Position numbers and translations under genes: made by a program. From Candidatus Eiseniibacteriota bacterium (GTDB lineage Bacteria; Eisenbacteria; RBG-16-71-46), in NCBI GenBank assembly GCA_963776245.1, contig CAVZLN010000003.1:544001-608000 (forward strand): a stretch of 64,000 nucleotides of DNA, given 5' to 3'. Below, piece after piece: positions 54,312-63,998 of the stretch (position 1 is its first letter; the number at the start of each line of letters is the position of its first letter). Under the pieces are notes generated by a model, which was not told where the DNA came from, did not search any database, and was given only the letters and a program-made list of their open reading frames with translations.

Positions 54312-55010
54312 TCAGGTGCGCCCGAAGTCCTCGTCCCGCCCGCCCCGGGTGGTGTCTTCGGCGTGATGCTTGATGACGCGTGCCTCGGCGATGAACACCA
54401 CCTCCTCGGCCACGTTGGTGGCGAGGTCGGCGACCCGCTCGAGATTGCGCGCGACCAGGATGAGCTCGAGGCCCAGCGTGATGGTGCCCGGGTCTTCGAT
54501 CATGCAGGACAGCACCTCGCGGAAGATCTGCCGGTTGAGGGCGTCCACCTCGTCGTCCCGGCGCACCAGCCGCCGGGCGGTGTCGGCGTCGCGCCGGACG
54601 AAGGCGTCGAGGGCCTCGTGGAGCATGGCGCTCGAGAGCCCGGCCAGCCGCGGGATGTCCACCAGCGGCTTGATCGCGGGCTGCTCCGAGAGCCGCAGCG
54701 CGCTGCCGGCGATGTTCACCGCGTGGTCGCCGACGCGCTCGAGGTCCTTGGTGATCATGAGCGCCGAGGTGATGAAGCGCAGGTCGGTCGCCAGCGGCTG
54801 CTGGAGCGCCAGCAGCGCGATACAGCGCTCCTCGATGTCGATCTCGTGACGGTCGATGACCGGGTCGGCGGCGAACACCGCGCGGGCGAGCCCGGGATCC
54901 TGGCGCCGGAGCGCCTCGATCGCCTGCTGGACGGCGCTCTCGGCCCGCCCCCCCATGAGCAGCAGCTGCTCCTTGAGGGCGTCGATCTCCTGCACGAAAT
55001 GGCGTTCCAC
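54312..55010 (-). CDS. phoU: Phosphate signalling protein PhoU
   Basis: QQPLATDLR, DLERVGDHAVNIA, DDEVD, NLERVADLATNVAEEV. Confidence 0.96.
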   Translation of the reverse strand: MERHFVQEIDALKEQLLLMGGRAESAVQQAIEALRRQDPGLARAVFAADPVIDRHEIDIEERCIALLALQQPLATDLRFITSALMITKDLERVGDHAVNIAGSALRLSEQPAIKPLVDIPRLAGLSSAMLHEALDAFVRRDADTARRLVRRDDEVDALNRQIFREVLSCMIEDPGTITLGLELILVARNLERVADLATNVAEEVVFIAEARVIKHHAEDTTRGGRDEDFGRT

Positions 55011-55031
55011 GGTCCTCCGATGCCGGGCGGA

Positions 55032-55916
55032 TCAGCCGAACCGGCCGGTGATGTAGTCCTCGGTCAGCTGGCGCGCCGGGCGCGTGAAGAGCGCGGCGGT
55101 GAGCCCGTATTCGACCAGCTCGCCGTTCAGCATGAACGCGGTGCGGTCCGAGATGCGCGCCGCCTGCTGCATGTTGTGAGTGACGATGACCACGGTATAG
55201 CGCGCCCGCAGCTCGAGCACCAGCTCTTCGATGCGCGCGGTCGCGGTGGGGTCGAGCGCGGAAGCGGGCTCGTCCATCAGCAGCACCTCGGGCTCCACCG
55301 CGAGGCAGCGCGCGATGCACAGGCGCTGCTGCTGGCCGCCCGAGAGCGTGAGCGCCGAGCGCTGGAGACGGTCCTTGACCTCGTCCCACAGCGCCGCGCG
55401 GCGCAGGCTGTCCTCGACCCGCCACTCGATGGCCCCGCGGTCGGTGACCCCCAGCATGCGCAGGCCGAAGGCCACGTTCTCGACGATCGACTTGGGGAAC
55501 GGATTGGGCCGCTGGAACACCATGCCGACGCGTCGGCGCAGCTCGACCACGTCCACCCCGCCGGCCAGCGCCTCCTGGCCCGAGACCCGGATCGCGCCCT
55601 CGGTGCGCACGCCCGGGATCAGGTCGTTCATGCGGTTGAACGCGCGCAGCAGCGTGCTCTTGCCGCAGCCGGACGGCCCGATGATCGCGGTCACGCTGTT
55701 CGCGGGGATGGCGAGCGAGACCGCCCGCAGCGCCTGGAGCGCGCCGTAGTACAGGCTGAACTCGCGCGCCTCGAGCCGCGGCGGTGAGCCGGGGGCGGGC
55801 GGAGCCGCGTCGTCGGGACGCGGGGCGGGCGGGACGGGCGCGGACAGCCGCGGCCCGCGCCCGCCTTCGCGGGCCGCGCCGGGCACCGTCGGCGCCTCCG
55901 GGGAGTCGACCGGCAT
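55032..55916 (-). CDS. pstB: Phosphate ABC transporter ATPase
   Basis: [49 protein letters not shown]. Confidence 0.97.
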   Translation of the reverse strand: MPVDSPEAPTVPGAAREGGRGPRLSAPVPPAPRPDDAAPPAPGSPPRLEAREFSLYYGALQALRAVSLAIPANSVTAIIGPSGCGKSTLLRAFNRMNDLIPGVRTEGAIRVSGQEALAGGVDVVELRRRVGMVFQRPNPFPKSIVENVAFGLRMLGVTDRGAIEWRVEDSLRRAALWDEVKDRLQRSALTLSGGQQQRLCIARCLAVEPEVLLMDEPASALDPTATARIEELVLELRARYTVVIVTHNMQQAARISDRTAFMLNGELVEYGLTAALFTRPARQLTEDYITGRFG

Positions 55917-55917
55917 G

Positions 55918-56865
55918 TCAGCTCCTTCCCGAGAGCCGCGCGCGCAGGCGTGAGCGGATCAGGATGGCGGTCAGGTTGAGCAGGAAGGTGAGCAGCAGCA
56001 GCACCAGCACGGTGCCGTAGAGCAGCGGCCGGGTGGCGTCCACGTCGGGCGACTGGGTCGCCATCACGAACACGTGATAGCCCAGCTCCATGAACTGGTC
56101 GGTCGGCGAGGTCGGCAGGTAGGGCAGGAAGTACGCCGCACCGGTGAACAGGATCGGCGCCACCTCGCCGGCGCCGCGCGCGACCGAGAGGATGGCCCCG
56201 GTGAGGATGCCGGGCAGCGCCTGCGGGAGCAGCACGTGCCACAGGGACTGCCAGCGCGTGGCACCGAGCGCGAGCGCGGCCTCGCGCTGCTCGCGCGGCA
56301 CGGTGCGCAGCGCCTCCTCGGTGGTGACGATGACCACCGGCAGGTTGAGCAGGGCGAGCGTGAGCGCCGCCCACATCAGGCACGGTTGGCCCCACATCAC
56401 GTCGAGGCCGAGCGCGCGGTCCACGCCGCGCCCGACGAACTGCACGAAGAAGCCGAGCCCGAACAATCCGAACACGATGCTCGGCACGCCCGCGAGATTG
56501 TTGACCGCGAACCGCACCGCCCGCGTGGTCCAGGCGTCGGGGCGGGCGTACTCGTGCAGGTAGAGCGCGGCGCCGACCCCGAACGGCACCAGCGCCACCA
56601 CCATGAGCACGACCAGCGCGGCGGTGCCGAAGATCGCCGGGAATATGCCCCCCTGGGTCATGCCCTCGCGCGGCGACTCGGTCAGGAACCGCCAGGTCAC
56701 CGTGCTCCAGCCGAACCACACGATGTTGACCATGATCAGCGCGACCATCGCCACGATGAGCAGCGCGGCCAGCCCTGACAGCCCGGTGAGCCCGACCCCG
56801 GCGAGGTCGGCGCGGCGGGCGCGGGGCAGCGGCGCGAGCGCGGGGCGCAGCGACGCGACGCTCAT
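55918..56865 (-). CDS. pstA: Phosphate ABC transporter permease
   Basis: [37 protein letters not shown]. Confidence 0.95.
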   Translation of the reverse strand: MSVASLRPALAPLPRARRADLAGVGLTGLSGLAALLIVAMVALIMVNIVWFGWSTVTWRFLTESPREGMTQGGIFPAIFGTAALVVLMVVALVPFGVGAALYLHEYARPDAWTTRAVRFAVNNLAGVPSIVFGLFGLGFFVQFVGRGVDRALGLDVMWGQPCLMWAALTLALLNLPVVIVTTEEALRTVPREQREAALALGATRWQSLWHVLLPQALPGILTGAILSVARGAGEVAPILFTGAAYFLPYLPTSPTDQFMELGYHVFVMATQSPDVDATRPLLYGTVLVLLLLTFLLNLTAILIRSRLRARLSGRS

Positions 56866-57821
56866 GCGCCCCCCAGGCTCCGGCGCAGGCGGTCCACGAA
56901 CAGCCCGGCCGCGACATTGATCGCGAACGTGATGGCGAACAGGAGCGCGCCAAGGAAGAAGAGCACGGAGTAGTGCGCGCTCCCGAACACCACCTCGGCC
57001 AGCTCCGCGGCGATGCTGGCCGAGAGCGTGCGGACCGAGTCGAAGGCGTTGCCCGATACGATGGCGGCATTGCCCGAGGCCATCAGCACGATCATGGTCT
57101 CCCCGACCGCGCGCGCCAGCCCGAGCAGCACGCCGGCCGCGACGCCCGCGGCGGCCGCGGGCAGCACCACGTGCCACGCCGTCTGCCACGGCGTCGCGCC
57201 GAGCGCCAACGACGCCTCGCGGTAGGACTTCGGCACCGCGCGCAGTGCGTCCTCGGACACCGTGAACAACGTCGGCAGCACGCCGAGCCCGAGCGCGATC
57301 CCGGCCACCACGGCGTTCAGACGCGACGGCGAGCCGGTCACGGCCTGCACCCACGTCGCGAGCACCATCAGCCCGAAGAAACCGAGCACCACCGACGGGA
57401 TGCCGGCCAGGATCTCGACCGCCGGCTTGAGCAGCTCGCGCACCCGCGGCGGCGCGAACTCCGACGCGAACAGCGCGGCCAGCACCCCCAGCGGGGTGGC
57501 GAACAGCATCGCCACCGCCACCACCTTGAGCGTGCCCACGAACAGCGGCAGCAGGCCGTACTTCGGCACGTTCCCCACCGGTTGCCACATGTCGGTGGCG
57601 AAGAAGTGCCGCAGGCTGGCCTCCTGCTTCACCACCGGGTCGGTGAGCACCGGCAGCGCCTCCCGCAGCACGAACAGCAGGATCAGCACCAGCGCGGCCA
57701 CGGCGCCGAACGCGCACAGCCGGAGCGCCCAGGTGATCGCGGCCTCCTGGACGCGCCGCGCCCGGCGCGCGGAGGGGCCGGGGACGAGCAGCGCGGGACC
57801 GGGGCGCGGGGCGTCGGACAT
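56862..57821 (-). CDS. pstC: Phosphate ABC transporter permease
   Basis: WQP....YG.LPL..GT, EILAGIPSVV.G, RAVGETMIVLM. Confidence 0.95.
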   Translation of the reverse strand: MSDAPRPGPALLVPGPSARRARRVQEAAITWALRLCAFGAVAALVLILLFVLREALPVLTDPVVKQEASLRHFFATDMWQPVGNVPKYGLLPLFVGTLKVVAVAMLFATPLGVLAALFASEFAPPRVRELLKPAVEILAGIPSVVLGFFGLMVLATWVQAVTGSPSRLNAVVAGIALGLGVLPTLFTVSEDALRAVPKSYREASLALGATPWQTAWHVVLPAAAAGVAAGVLLGLARAVGETMIVLMASGNAAIVSGNAFDSVRTLSASIAAELAEVVFGSAHYSVLFFLGALLFAITFAINVAAGLFVDRLRRSLGGA

Positions 57822-58675
57822 CAGCGGACCGGGAAGTAGCCGACCGCGCCCACGACCGCCTGGCCGGAGTCCGAGAGCGCGTAGTCCAGGAAGCGCCGGG
57901 CGAGGCCTTCGGGCGCGCGGCGCGCGTACACGTGGAGCGCGCGGGCGAGCGGGTAGCTGGCGTCCCGTACCGTCTCGAGCGAAGGCAGCACCGCCGCGCT
58001 CGCGGCGTCCGTACGCAGGCCGAGATCGCGGACCCCCTTCGCGTACGCGGCCCCGCCGTATCCGATGCCACGGACATCGCCCGCCACCGCGTTGACCACC
58101 GCCGCGGTGCCGGGCAGCGTCTGCACCCGGGCCGCGAAGTCCGCGTTCCCGAGCACGTGTTCCTTGAAGAAGACGTAGGTTCCTGAGCTGTTCTCGCGCC
58201 CGTACGCGGTGATCGGGCCGGGCGCGCCGCCGAGGTCCTTCCAGTCGGCGATCACGCCGGTGTACACCCCGCGCAGTTGCTCCACCGTGACCGATCGCAC
58301 CGGGTTCGCCGCGTTCACGTAGATCGCGATGCCGTCACGCGCGACGGTGATCTCGTGCGCCGGTGCTCCGAACCGGCTCTGCAGGGAGCCATTCTCGGCG
58401 TCCTTGATGGGCCGGGAGGACAGGCACAGGTCGGTGGTACCATTGATGAGCGCGGCGATCCCGGTGCCCGACCCGCCGCCGGTGACCTGCACGCGCTCAC
58501 CCGGGTGTGCCGCCATGTAGCGCTCCGCCCAGCGCTGGCCGAGCAGCACCATGGTGTCCGAGCCCTTGATGGTGAGCTCCTCGGCGCGCGGTGAGCGCGC
58601 GCACGAGTTCAGCACGAGCGCGGCGCCCAGGCCGAGGGCGGCCGCGGCGAGGCGGTAAGATGACCGGGACGACAT
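57821..58675 (-). CDS. pstS: Phosphate-binding protein PstS, lipoprotein form
   Basis: LNSC lipobox; IKGSDTM, GGGSGTGI, GRENSSGTY. Confidence 0.93.
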   Translation of the reverse strand: MSSRSSYRLAAAALGLGAALVLNSCARSPRAEELTIKGSDTMVLLGQRWAERYMAAHPGERVQVTGGGSGTGIAALINGTTDLCLSSRPIKDAENGSLQSRFGAPAHEITVARDGIAIYVNAANPVRSVTVEQLRGVYTGVIADWKDLGGAPGPITAYGRENSSGTYVFFKEHVLGNADFAARVQTLPGTAAVVNAVAGDVRGIGYGGAAYAKGVRDLGLRTDAASAAVLPSLETVRDASYPLARALHVYARRAPEGLARRFLDYALSDSGQAVVGAVGYFPVR

Positions 58676-58686
58676 GAAGCCTCCTG

Positions 58687-59517
58687 CTAGTGGAGCGGGA
58701 AGTACCCGACCTGGGTGGCGATGGCCTGGCCCGGAGGCGAGAGCACGAAGTCCACGAACGCCTTGGCGGCGCCCGCTGGCTTGACCCGCGTGTAGAGGTA
58801 GAGGAAGCGCGTCATCGGGTACGACCCGTCGCGCACCGTGGCGGCGTTCGGGGTGACCGCGGGGCTCTTCGCGTCCCGCTTCACGCCCAGCTCGCGCACG
58901 CCCTTTCCGTACGCCGCGCCGCCGTAGCCGATCCCGTTGGGGTCGTTGGCCACGGCGTTGACCACCGCCGCGGTGCCGGGCAGCGTCTGGGTGCGCGCGG
59001 CGTAGTCGCGGCCGAGCAGCACGTTGTCCTTGAAGTACACGTAGGTGCCGGAGGAGTTCTCGCGCCCGTAGAGCACGATGATCGCGTCCCTGCCCCCGAC
59101 CTGGTTCCAGTTGGTGACCTCGCCGGTGTAGATGGCGCGCAGCTGCTCGAGCGAGAGCGCCTGGACCGGATTGGAGTCCTGCACGTAGACCGAGAGCCCG
59201 TCCTTGGCCACCGGGATCTCGACTCCCATGGACTGGTAGCGGTCGCGCAGCTTGGTCTTCTCATCGTGCTTCATCGGGCGCGAGGCCATGCCGATGTCCG
59301 TGGTGCCGTTGATGAGCGCCGCGATCCCGGTGCCCGAGCCGCCGCCGGTGACCTGCACGATCTCGCCGGCGTGCTGGGTCATGTAGGTTTCGGCCCAGCG
59401 CTGCACCAGGATCACCATGGTGTCGGAGCCCTTGATGGTGAGACCGCGACCGGCGTGGGCCGTCGTGGCGAGGGCGGTCAGCGCGCCGACGACGGCGAGC
59501 GATCGGAAGATCTTCAT
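58687..59517 (-). CDS. pstS: Phosphate-binding protein PstS, soluble periplasmic form
   Basis: SPI signal ...TAHA; IKGSDTM, GGGSGTGI, GRENSSGTY. Confidence 0.93.
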   Translation of the reverse strand: MKIFRSLAVVGALTALATTAHAGRGLTIKGSDTMVILVQRWAETYMTQHAGEIVQVTGGGSGTGIAALINGTTDIGMASRPMKHDEKTKLRDRYQSMGVEIPVAKDGLSVYVQDSNPVQALSLEQLRAIYTGEVTNWNQVGGRDAIIVLYGRENSSGTYVYFKDNVLLGRDYAARTQTLPGTAAVVNAVANDPNGIGYGGAAYGKGVRELGVKRDAKSPAVTPNAATVRDGSYPMTRFLYLYTRVKPAGAAKAFVDFVLSPPGQAIATQVGYFPLH

Positions 59518-59528
59518 GGATCGGGCTC

Positions 59529-60776
59529 CTAGTACTTGTGCTGGACCTGCACGGTCCAGAGGTTGTCCTTCACGTCGACGTACCGGCCGGCGACCAGCGC
59601 CTCGGTGCGCGGCACGTCGTAGGACACGGTCACGCGGGTGAGTCCGCCCCAGAACCAGTTCGCCCCGATGCCGAGGCGCTCGAACCGGTCGTGCGCGACG
59701 GCCGTGTCGGGGTCGTACCAGTCGTAGCGGCCGGCGAGCTGGAACTGCTCGCCGAGGTTCTGCACCCACATCACGTACCCGCCCTGCATGTCGGTCGCGA
59801 AGTGGTCGAGTGGCGCGCCCCCCTTGAGCAGTCGGCCGGCGGTATTCGTGGTGGTGTACGCCTTCACCGTGTCCGGATCGGCCTCCCTGCCGGCGTAGTA
59901 CTCGCCCCTCAGGCTGCCCCCGCCCAGCACCGGAAGCTGGTAGTAGCCCTGGACATCGACGCCGACGCGGGTCTTGTCGGTCTGCACGTCGGGCCCGGTG
60001 AGCGCGGTGATCTGGCGCCCGCGGTAGTAGGACACCGCGCCGTCGAGCGTGCCCTGCGCGACCCGCGCGCGCGCCACGAAGTCCTTGGCCCGCGTGGGAT
60101 CGGTGTTCGGGAAGTCCGCGCTGTTGATCCCACCGCCGTTGAAGATCCCCACCACGGTCTCCACCATCGGCGTCCACTGGCTGACGATCTTCACGCCGCG
60201 GTCGCGCTCGCCGGAGAACAGCACGTTCTCCGCGCGCGAGCGCTCGGGCAGCTCGCGAACGCTCGAGGAGCGCTCGAGCTCGTAGCCGAACGGCACGTTC
60301 ATCTGGCCCATGGTGAGCCGGTGGTCGTGCAGCGGCGTCCACGGGTCGAACAGCGAGACGTACGCCTCGAGCAGCCGCACGGTGCGGTCGGCGCCCCCGT
60401 CGAGGTAGAGCACCGCTTCACCGTACGGCGCGTTGTCGTAGGTGAGCTTCAAACGGCCACGGCGGATGTAGAACCGCTCGGTGTTCGCGGGCGTGATCAC
60501 CGCCGGATCGCCCTTCACCTTCACCGAGTCGCGCTTGTTCTCCGAGGTCTCCCAGCGCGCCTGGAGGTAGCCTGAGAACTTGAACTTCTTGAGCTTGTCC
60601 AGGTCGGCCTGCAGGGACTGGAACGGCTCGGTCATGCCGTCGAGATTGCCGCGCAACAGCCCGACCCGCTCGCGCAGCGCGGCGAGCGAGTCGGCGACCG
60701 CGTCCTGCGCGCGCGCCACCGCGGGCGACAGGGCGAGCACCAGCGCGGCGGGGAGCAGCAGGGTTCGGGCGTTCAC
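59529..60776 (-). CDS. OprO/OprP-like phosphate-selective porin
   Basis: Signal peptide, coiled N-terminus, FSGYLQAR, FYIRRGRLK, GQMNVPFGYE...SS...ERS, RDRG; first gene of the pst run. Confidence 0.82.
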   Translation of the reverse strand: MNARTLLLPAALVLALSPAVARAQDAVADSLAALRERVGLLRGNLDGMTEPFQSLQADLDKLKKFKFSGYLQARWETSENKRDSVKVKGDPAVITPANTERFYIRRGRLKLTYDNAPYGEAVLYLDGGADRTVRLLEAYVSLFDPWTPLHDHRLTMGQMNVPFGYELERSSSVRELPERSRAENVLFSGERDRGVKIVSQWTPMVETVVGIFNGGGINSADFPNTDPTRAKDFVARARVAQGTLDGAVSYYRGRQITALTGPDVQTDKTRVGVDVQGYYQLPVLGGGSLRGEYYAGREADPDTVKAYTTTNTAGRLLKGGAPLDHFATDMQGGYVMWVQNLGEQFQLAGRYDWYDPDTAVAHDRFERLGIGANWFWGGLTRVTVSYDVPRTEALVAGRYVDVKDNLWTVQVQHKY

Positions 60777-60848
60777 GTGCGCGGATCCTCCGTTCGCAGG
60801 TCCGCGCCGAGGAGGTGGCTCGGGCGCGGTGTGATGCGACTGGAGTTG

Positions 60849-60903
60849 ACGATATCCGCGCCGGGTTGCCGAAACGTGGCCGCGGTGTTTCTGCGACGTG
60901 AAC
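60849..60903 (-). promoter_or_regulatory. Pho-box-like 11-bp-period array plus -10 (TATCGT) upstream of the porin-pst operon
   Basis: Minus strand reads GTTCAC-N5-AGAAAC-N5-GGCCAC-N5-GGCAAC-N10-TATCGT. Confidence 0.5.
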
Positions 60904-60920
60904 GATGCCGGTGATGGCCC

Positions 60921-61292
60921 TCACTCGGGGCGCTTTCTGGGGCGGGGCAAGCGGCGCGGCCGCTGGCGTCGCGCGCGCCATGAGCGTCGTCGCGCAGCGG
61001 CCATGATCTCGACGTACTCCATCCCGGCGGCCGCGACCGCCGCCCCCCACGAGCCGAACATGCGCCGCGCGCGAGCGTAGAACGCGCCGTGCCTCTTGTG
61101 GACTTGAAACAGCCCGGCGCGGCGCTGGGCGAGCTCGCGGATGCGCTCCAGCATCGCCTCGCGGCTCATGAGCACGGGCCGGCCCGGCGCCCGACGCGTG
61201 GCCGGCGCGCCCCGTGGAGGCGCCTGGGGAGTGGGCGACGGCTCGCGCCGGTCGCACGCCTCAGCCGCGTCGCCCGGACCGAGGGCGCACAC
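60921..61292 (-). CDS. Small basic protein with one homing-endonuclease-associated-repeat-like unit (FGSW..A..AAG); alternative start ATG 61169
   Basis: GRP-VLMSREAMLERIRELA...FYARARRMFGSWGAAVAAAG; Arg-rich tail. Confidence 0.6.
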   Translation of the reverse strand: MCALGPGDAAEACDRREPSPTPQAPPRGAPATRRAPGRPVLMSREAMLERIRELAQRRAGLFQVHKRHGAFYARARRMFGSWGAAVAAAGMEYVEIMAAARRRSWRARRQRPRRLPRPRKRPE

Positions 61293-61293
61293 G

Positions 61294-61974
61294 TCAGTCC
61301 TTCACGCTGTAGATCTTGAACACGCCCTTCCTCTCCGCGACCGACCGCAGCCACCCGAGCCGTTCGATTTGTCCTTGCCCGTCGCTCACCACCAGCCTGA
61401 GGCCGTTGTGGAGACGGAAGTTCCGGTATTGAACGACGGTGTCGGGGGGATCGAAACGCACGAACTCGAGCGGCTGCCCTTCCGCTTCCTCGATGGCGGA
61501 CCCGGCCCCTCCGTAGAGCCGTGCATAGAGGATCTTCCAGCCATCCTCCCACGTGAGTCCGGTGGCGGGACGACTCTGCGGGAACTCCCGCCACAGGATC
61601 TCGCGGAACTCGCGCTCGTCGATCGAGAGCGCGAGCAACGAATCCCGGCGCGCGTGATGGAGCGCCCGACAGATCGCGCGGCCCAGTTCGTCCAGGTTCC
61701 GGGCGCCTCCGCGGAAGCGCGACCGCACGCTCGGGGCCCCCAGCCGACGACCGAGCCCCGTCGCGAGCGATTCCGGGTCGTACGCCGGTCGGTAGCCCGG
61801 CGAGTCCTGGATGGAAGGTCGGCGACCCGTCGCGTCCATCGTGCCGGCGGGACCGGCGATCGCCGGGAGGGCGCAGGCAAGAGCGAGCGCGAGCGCGGCC
61901 GCGAGAGTGAGCGCCCGCGGCACTCCGGGGGAAAGCGCTCCGAGTCGCCCACCGCGGCTTTCTGGCGCTCTCAT
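61294..61974 (-). CDS. Exported hypothetical protein coupled to the TonB-dependent receptor
   Basis: ATGA overlap with the TBDR stop; hydrophobic signal-like segment; globular C-terminus (EFREILWREFPQS...FKIYSVKD). Confidence 0.7.
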   Translation of the reverse strand: MRAPESRGGRLGALSPGVPRALTLAAALALALACALPAIAGPAGTMDATGRRPSIQDSPGYRPAYDPESLATGLGRRLGAPSVRSRFRGGARNLDELGRAICRALHHARRDSLLALSIDEREFREILWREFPQSRPATGLTWEDGWKILYARLYGGAGSAIEEAEGQPLEFVRFDPPDTVVQYRNFRLHNGLRLVVSDGQGQIERLGWLRSVAERKGVFKIYSVKD

Positions 61975-63998
61975 GAGCCGAACGAGCAGCCCAGCGAGTA
62001 GCTGCGGCCGGTGTGGCTGTGCGACACCTCGCGCCCGCCTTGCAGCAGCCGCGTCTCGCGGTCGAGCAGGTTCTTGGCCGCCATCCTGAGGCGCGCGCCG
62101 GGGAAGAACTGCAGGTTCAGCGTGACGTCGAGCGTGGTCATCGGCTGCTCGTACACGTCCCCGATCGACTTGAGCCCGAGCGCGTTGAGCCGTCGGCCGA
62201 CGCGGCTGAGGAGGACTGCGGCGTCCACCTTCCCCGCCCGGCTCGTACAGCCCAGCCCGGCATTCAACACATTGTTGGCCTGTCCCTGCAGCGGATGCTC
62301 CTTCGTGCCATACGAGATCAACTGCGCCCGGGGACGGACGCGGGACGTGATGAACGAGCCGTTCGTGTTGAGCGTGAGGCCGGTCAGGCGTCGCCACAGG
62401 CGTCCCAGGCTCGCGCGCGCCTCCAGCTCCATGCCGCGGCTGAAGCCCTTCTCCGAGTTGTAGGGCTTGAGCGTGAGCGGCGTGGACGGCTCGAGCACCT
62501 GTTCGATCGGCTCCTCGAGGCGCTTGTGGAACGCGCCGACCGCCATCACCTCGGTGGGCGAGGGGAAGGCCTCGACGCGCACGTCGTAGTTGTCGAGCAG
62601 CGCGCGTCGCAGCTGCGGATTGCCCGCCTGCTGGAACCCGCCGATGTACTCGAGTGCCGGGCTCGGCGAGAGCTCGTTGAGGTCGGGCCGGGACAGAGTG
62701 CGGCTGGCCGCGATGCGCACGTTGATCGCCGTCGTCGCGGACCACGTCAGGTTCCCCGAGGGCAGCCAGTCGGTGTTCGCGAAGCCGCCCTGCGCGGTCA
62801 CCCGGGACGGGTTGAACAGGTCGAAGCTGCGGACGTCCTGGGTCCCGCGCTCCACGCGCAGGCCGAGGGTGGTGCGCAGGGACGATCCCATCGGGACCTC
62901 GACGCTCAGGAACCCCGCCGCGACGCGCTGCTGGGCGACGTAGTTGTCCTGCGAGAGCGTGGCTTCATCGACGTAGCCGCTCCCCGGCTTGCCATCGAAC
63001 GCCTCCGGGCCGAACAGGACCTCGGGCGGAGCGGTCGGGTCCGCGTTCGCGTTCGCGTAGAAGTTGAACCGGCGGTAGAAGTTGTCGCGGTCCTTGTCCT
63101 GGCGGCTGAAGCCCGCCACCGTCCTGCCGCGGCCGAGCCGGCCGAGCCGGAACGGCGTGGTGGCACTCACCGTGACCCCGCGGTCGACGTCGCGCAGGTC
63201 GCCATACTCGCGCCGGCCGACCGAACCCGTCCACGAGTCCACCAGGTGGCCGGTGCCGTCGTCGTAGGGGTGGTAGCTGTACGACGTCTCCCGCCGGTCG
63301 GGCTGCTGCCGCTTCGCCCGCGAGCGGCTGAGGTTCCAGTCGAACCGGGTGCCGAACAGGCCCGCGAACTCATGTTGGCCACCGGCCGTGCCCGACAGCA
63401 CGTCGCGCTCGACGTACATCAGCCGCGTGTCGCGATGGACGAGCCAGGTGCCGGTGGTCCCGTCGACCTGATTGTGGTCCGTGCCCTCGTACACCCGCAC
63501 TTCGTCATCGGCGCTGTGGGTCCAGATGGCGCGCGCGTGCAGGGTGTGGCGCGGGGACAGCCGGTACGAGATCCCGGTCACGTTGCCGAGCTGCACCGTC
63601 TCCCTCGAACGGTTGACCGCATAGTCGTAGAGGGTGTCGTCGGCGTTGGGGAAGAAGCGCTCGGAGGCGTCGGTCTGGTCGAAGGAGCGCGAGACGCTCC
63701 ACGACTCGATCATCCCGAGCGGGCGCCCGAATAGCTTGAACTCGTCCCCGTAGGCGGCGGAGTAGCTGGCGTTCGGGATCGCGCGCGTTCGCGTCGGCGA
63801 CCAGATGTTGCTGAACGAGCGCCCGACCGCCGCGAGCGTGGAGCGCGTGAAGAACCCGCGCGCGGGGCTGCCCTCGCGCAGCTGGGCGCCGCCCGCGAGG
63901 TCGAACACGGCATCCGGGATGCGCCGCGCGTCGCTGCCGAAGCCGAACAGGTCCGCCCGCGAGCCGGCGTACGTCCGCAGGTGCTGGAACGTCGTTCC
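61971..63998 (-). CDS. TonB-dependent receptor, barrel portion (5'-truncated by the window)
   Basis: Frame open to the window end; GLRVE, WLPSGNL, SRTLSRPD..EL, GNPQL, GMELE, PLQGQ, KNLLD, GRSYSLG.SF. Confidence 0.92.
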   Translation of the reverse strand, partial: GTTFQHLRTYAGSRADLFGFGSDARRIPDAVFDLAGGAQLREGSPARGFFTRSTLAAVGRSFSNIWSPTRTRAIPNASYSAAYGDEFKLFGRPLGMIESWSVSRSFDQTDASERFFPNADDTLYDYAVNRSRETVQLGNVTGISYRLSPRHTLHARAIWTHSADDEVRVYEGTDHNQVDGTTGTWLVHRDTRLMYVERDVLSGTAGGQHEFAGLFGTRFDWNLSRSRAKRQQPDRRETSYSYHPYDDGTGHLVDSWTGSVGRREYGDLRDVDRGVTVSATTPFRLGRLGRGRTVAGFSRQDKDRDNFYRRFNFYANANADPTAPPEVLFGPEAFDGKPGSGYVDEATLSQDNYVAQQRVAAGFLSVEVPMGSSLRTTLGLRVERGTQDVRSFDLFNPSRVTAQGGFANTDWLPSGNLTWSATTAINVRIAASRTLSRPDLNELSPSPALEYIGGFQQAGNPQLRRALLDNYDVRVEAFPSPTEVMAVGAFHKRLEEPIEQVLEPSTPLTLKPYNSEKGFSRGMELEARASLGRLWRRLTGLTLNTNGSFITSRVRPRAQLISYGTKEHPLQGQANNVLNAGLGCTSRAGKVDAAVLLSRVGRRLNALGLKSIGDVYEQPMTTLDVTLNLQFFPGARLRMAAKNLLDRETRLLQGGREVSHSHTGRSYSLGCSFGS

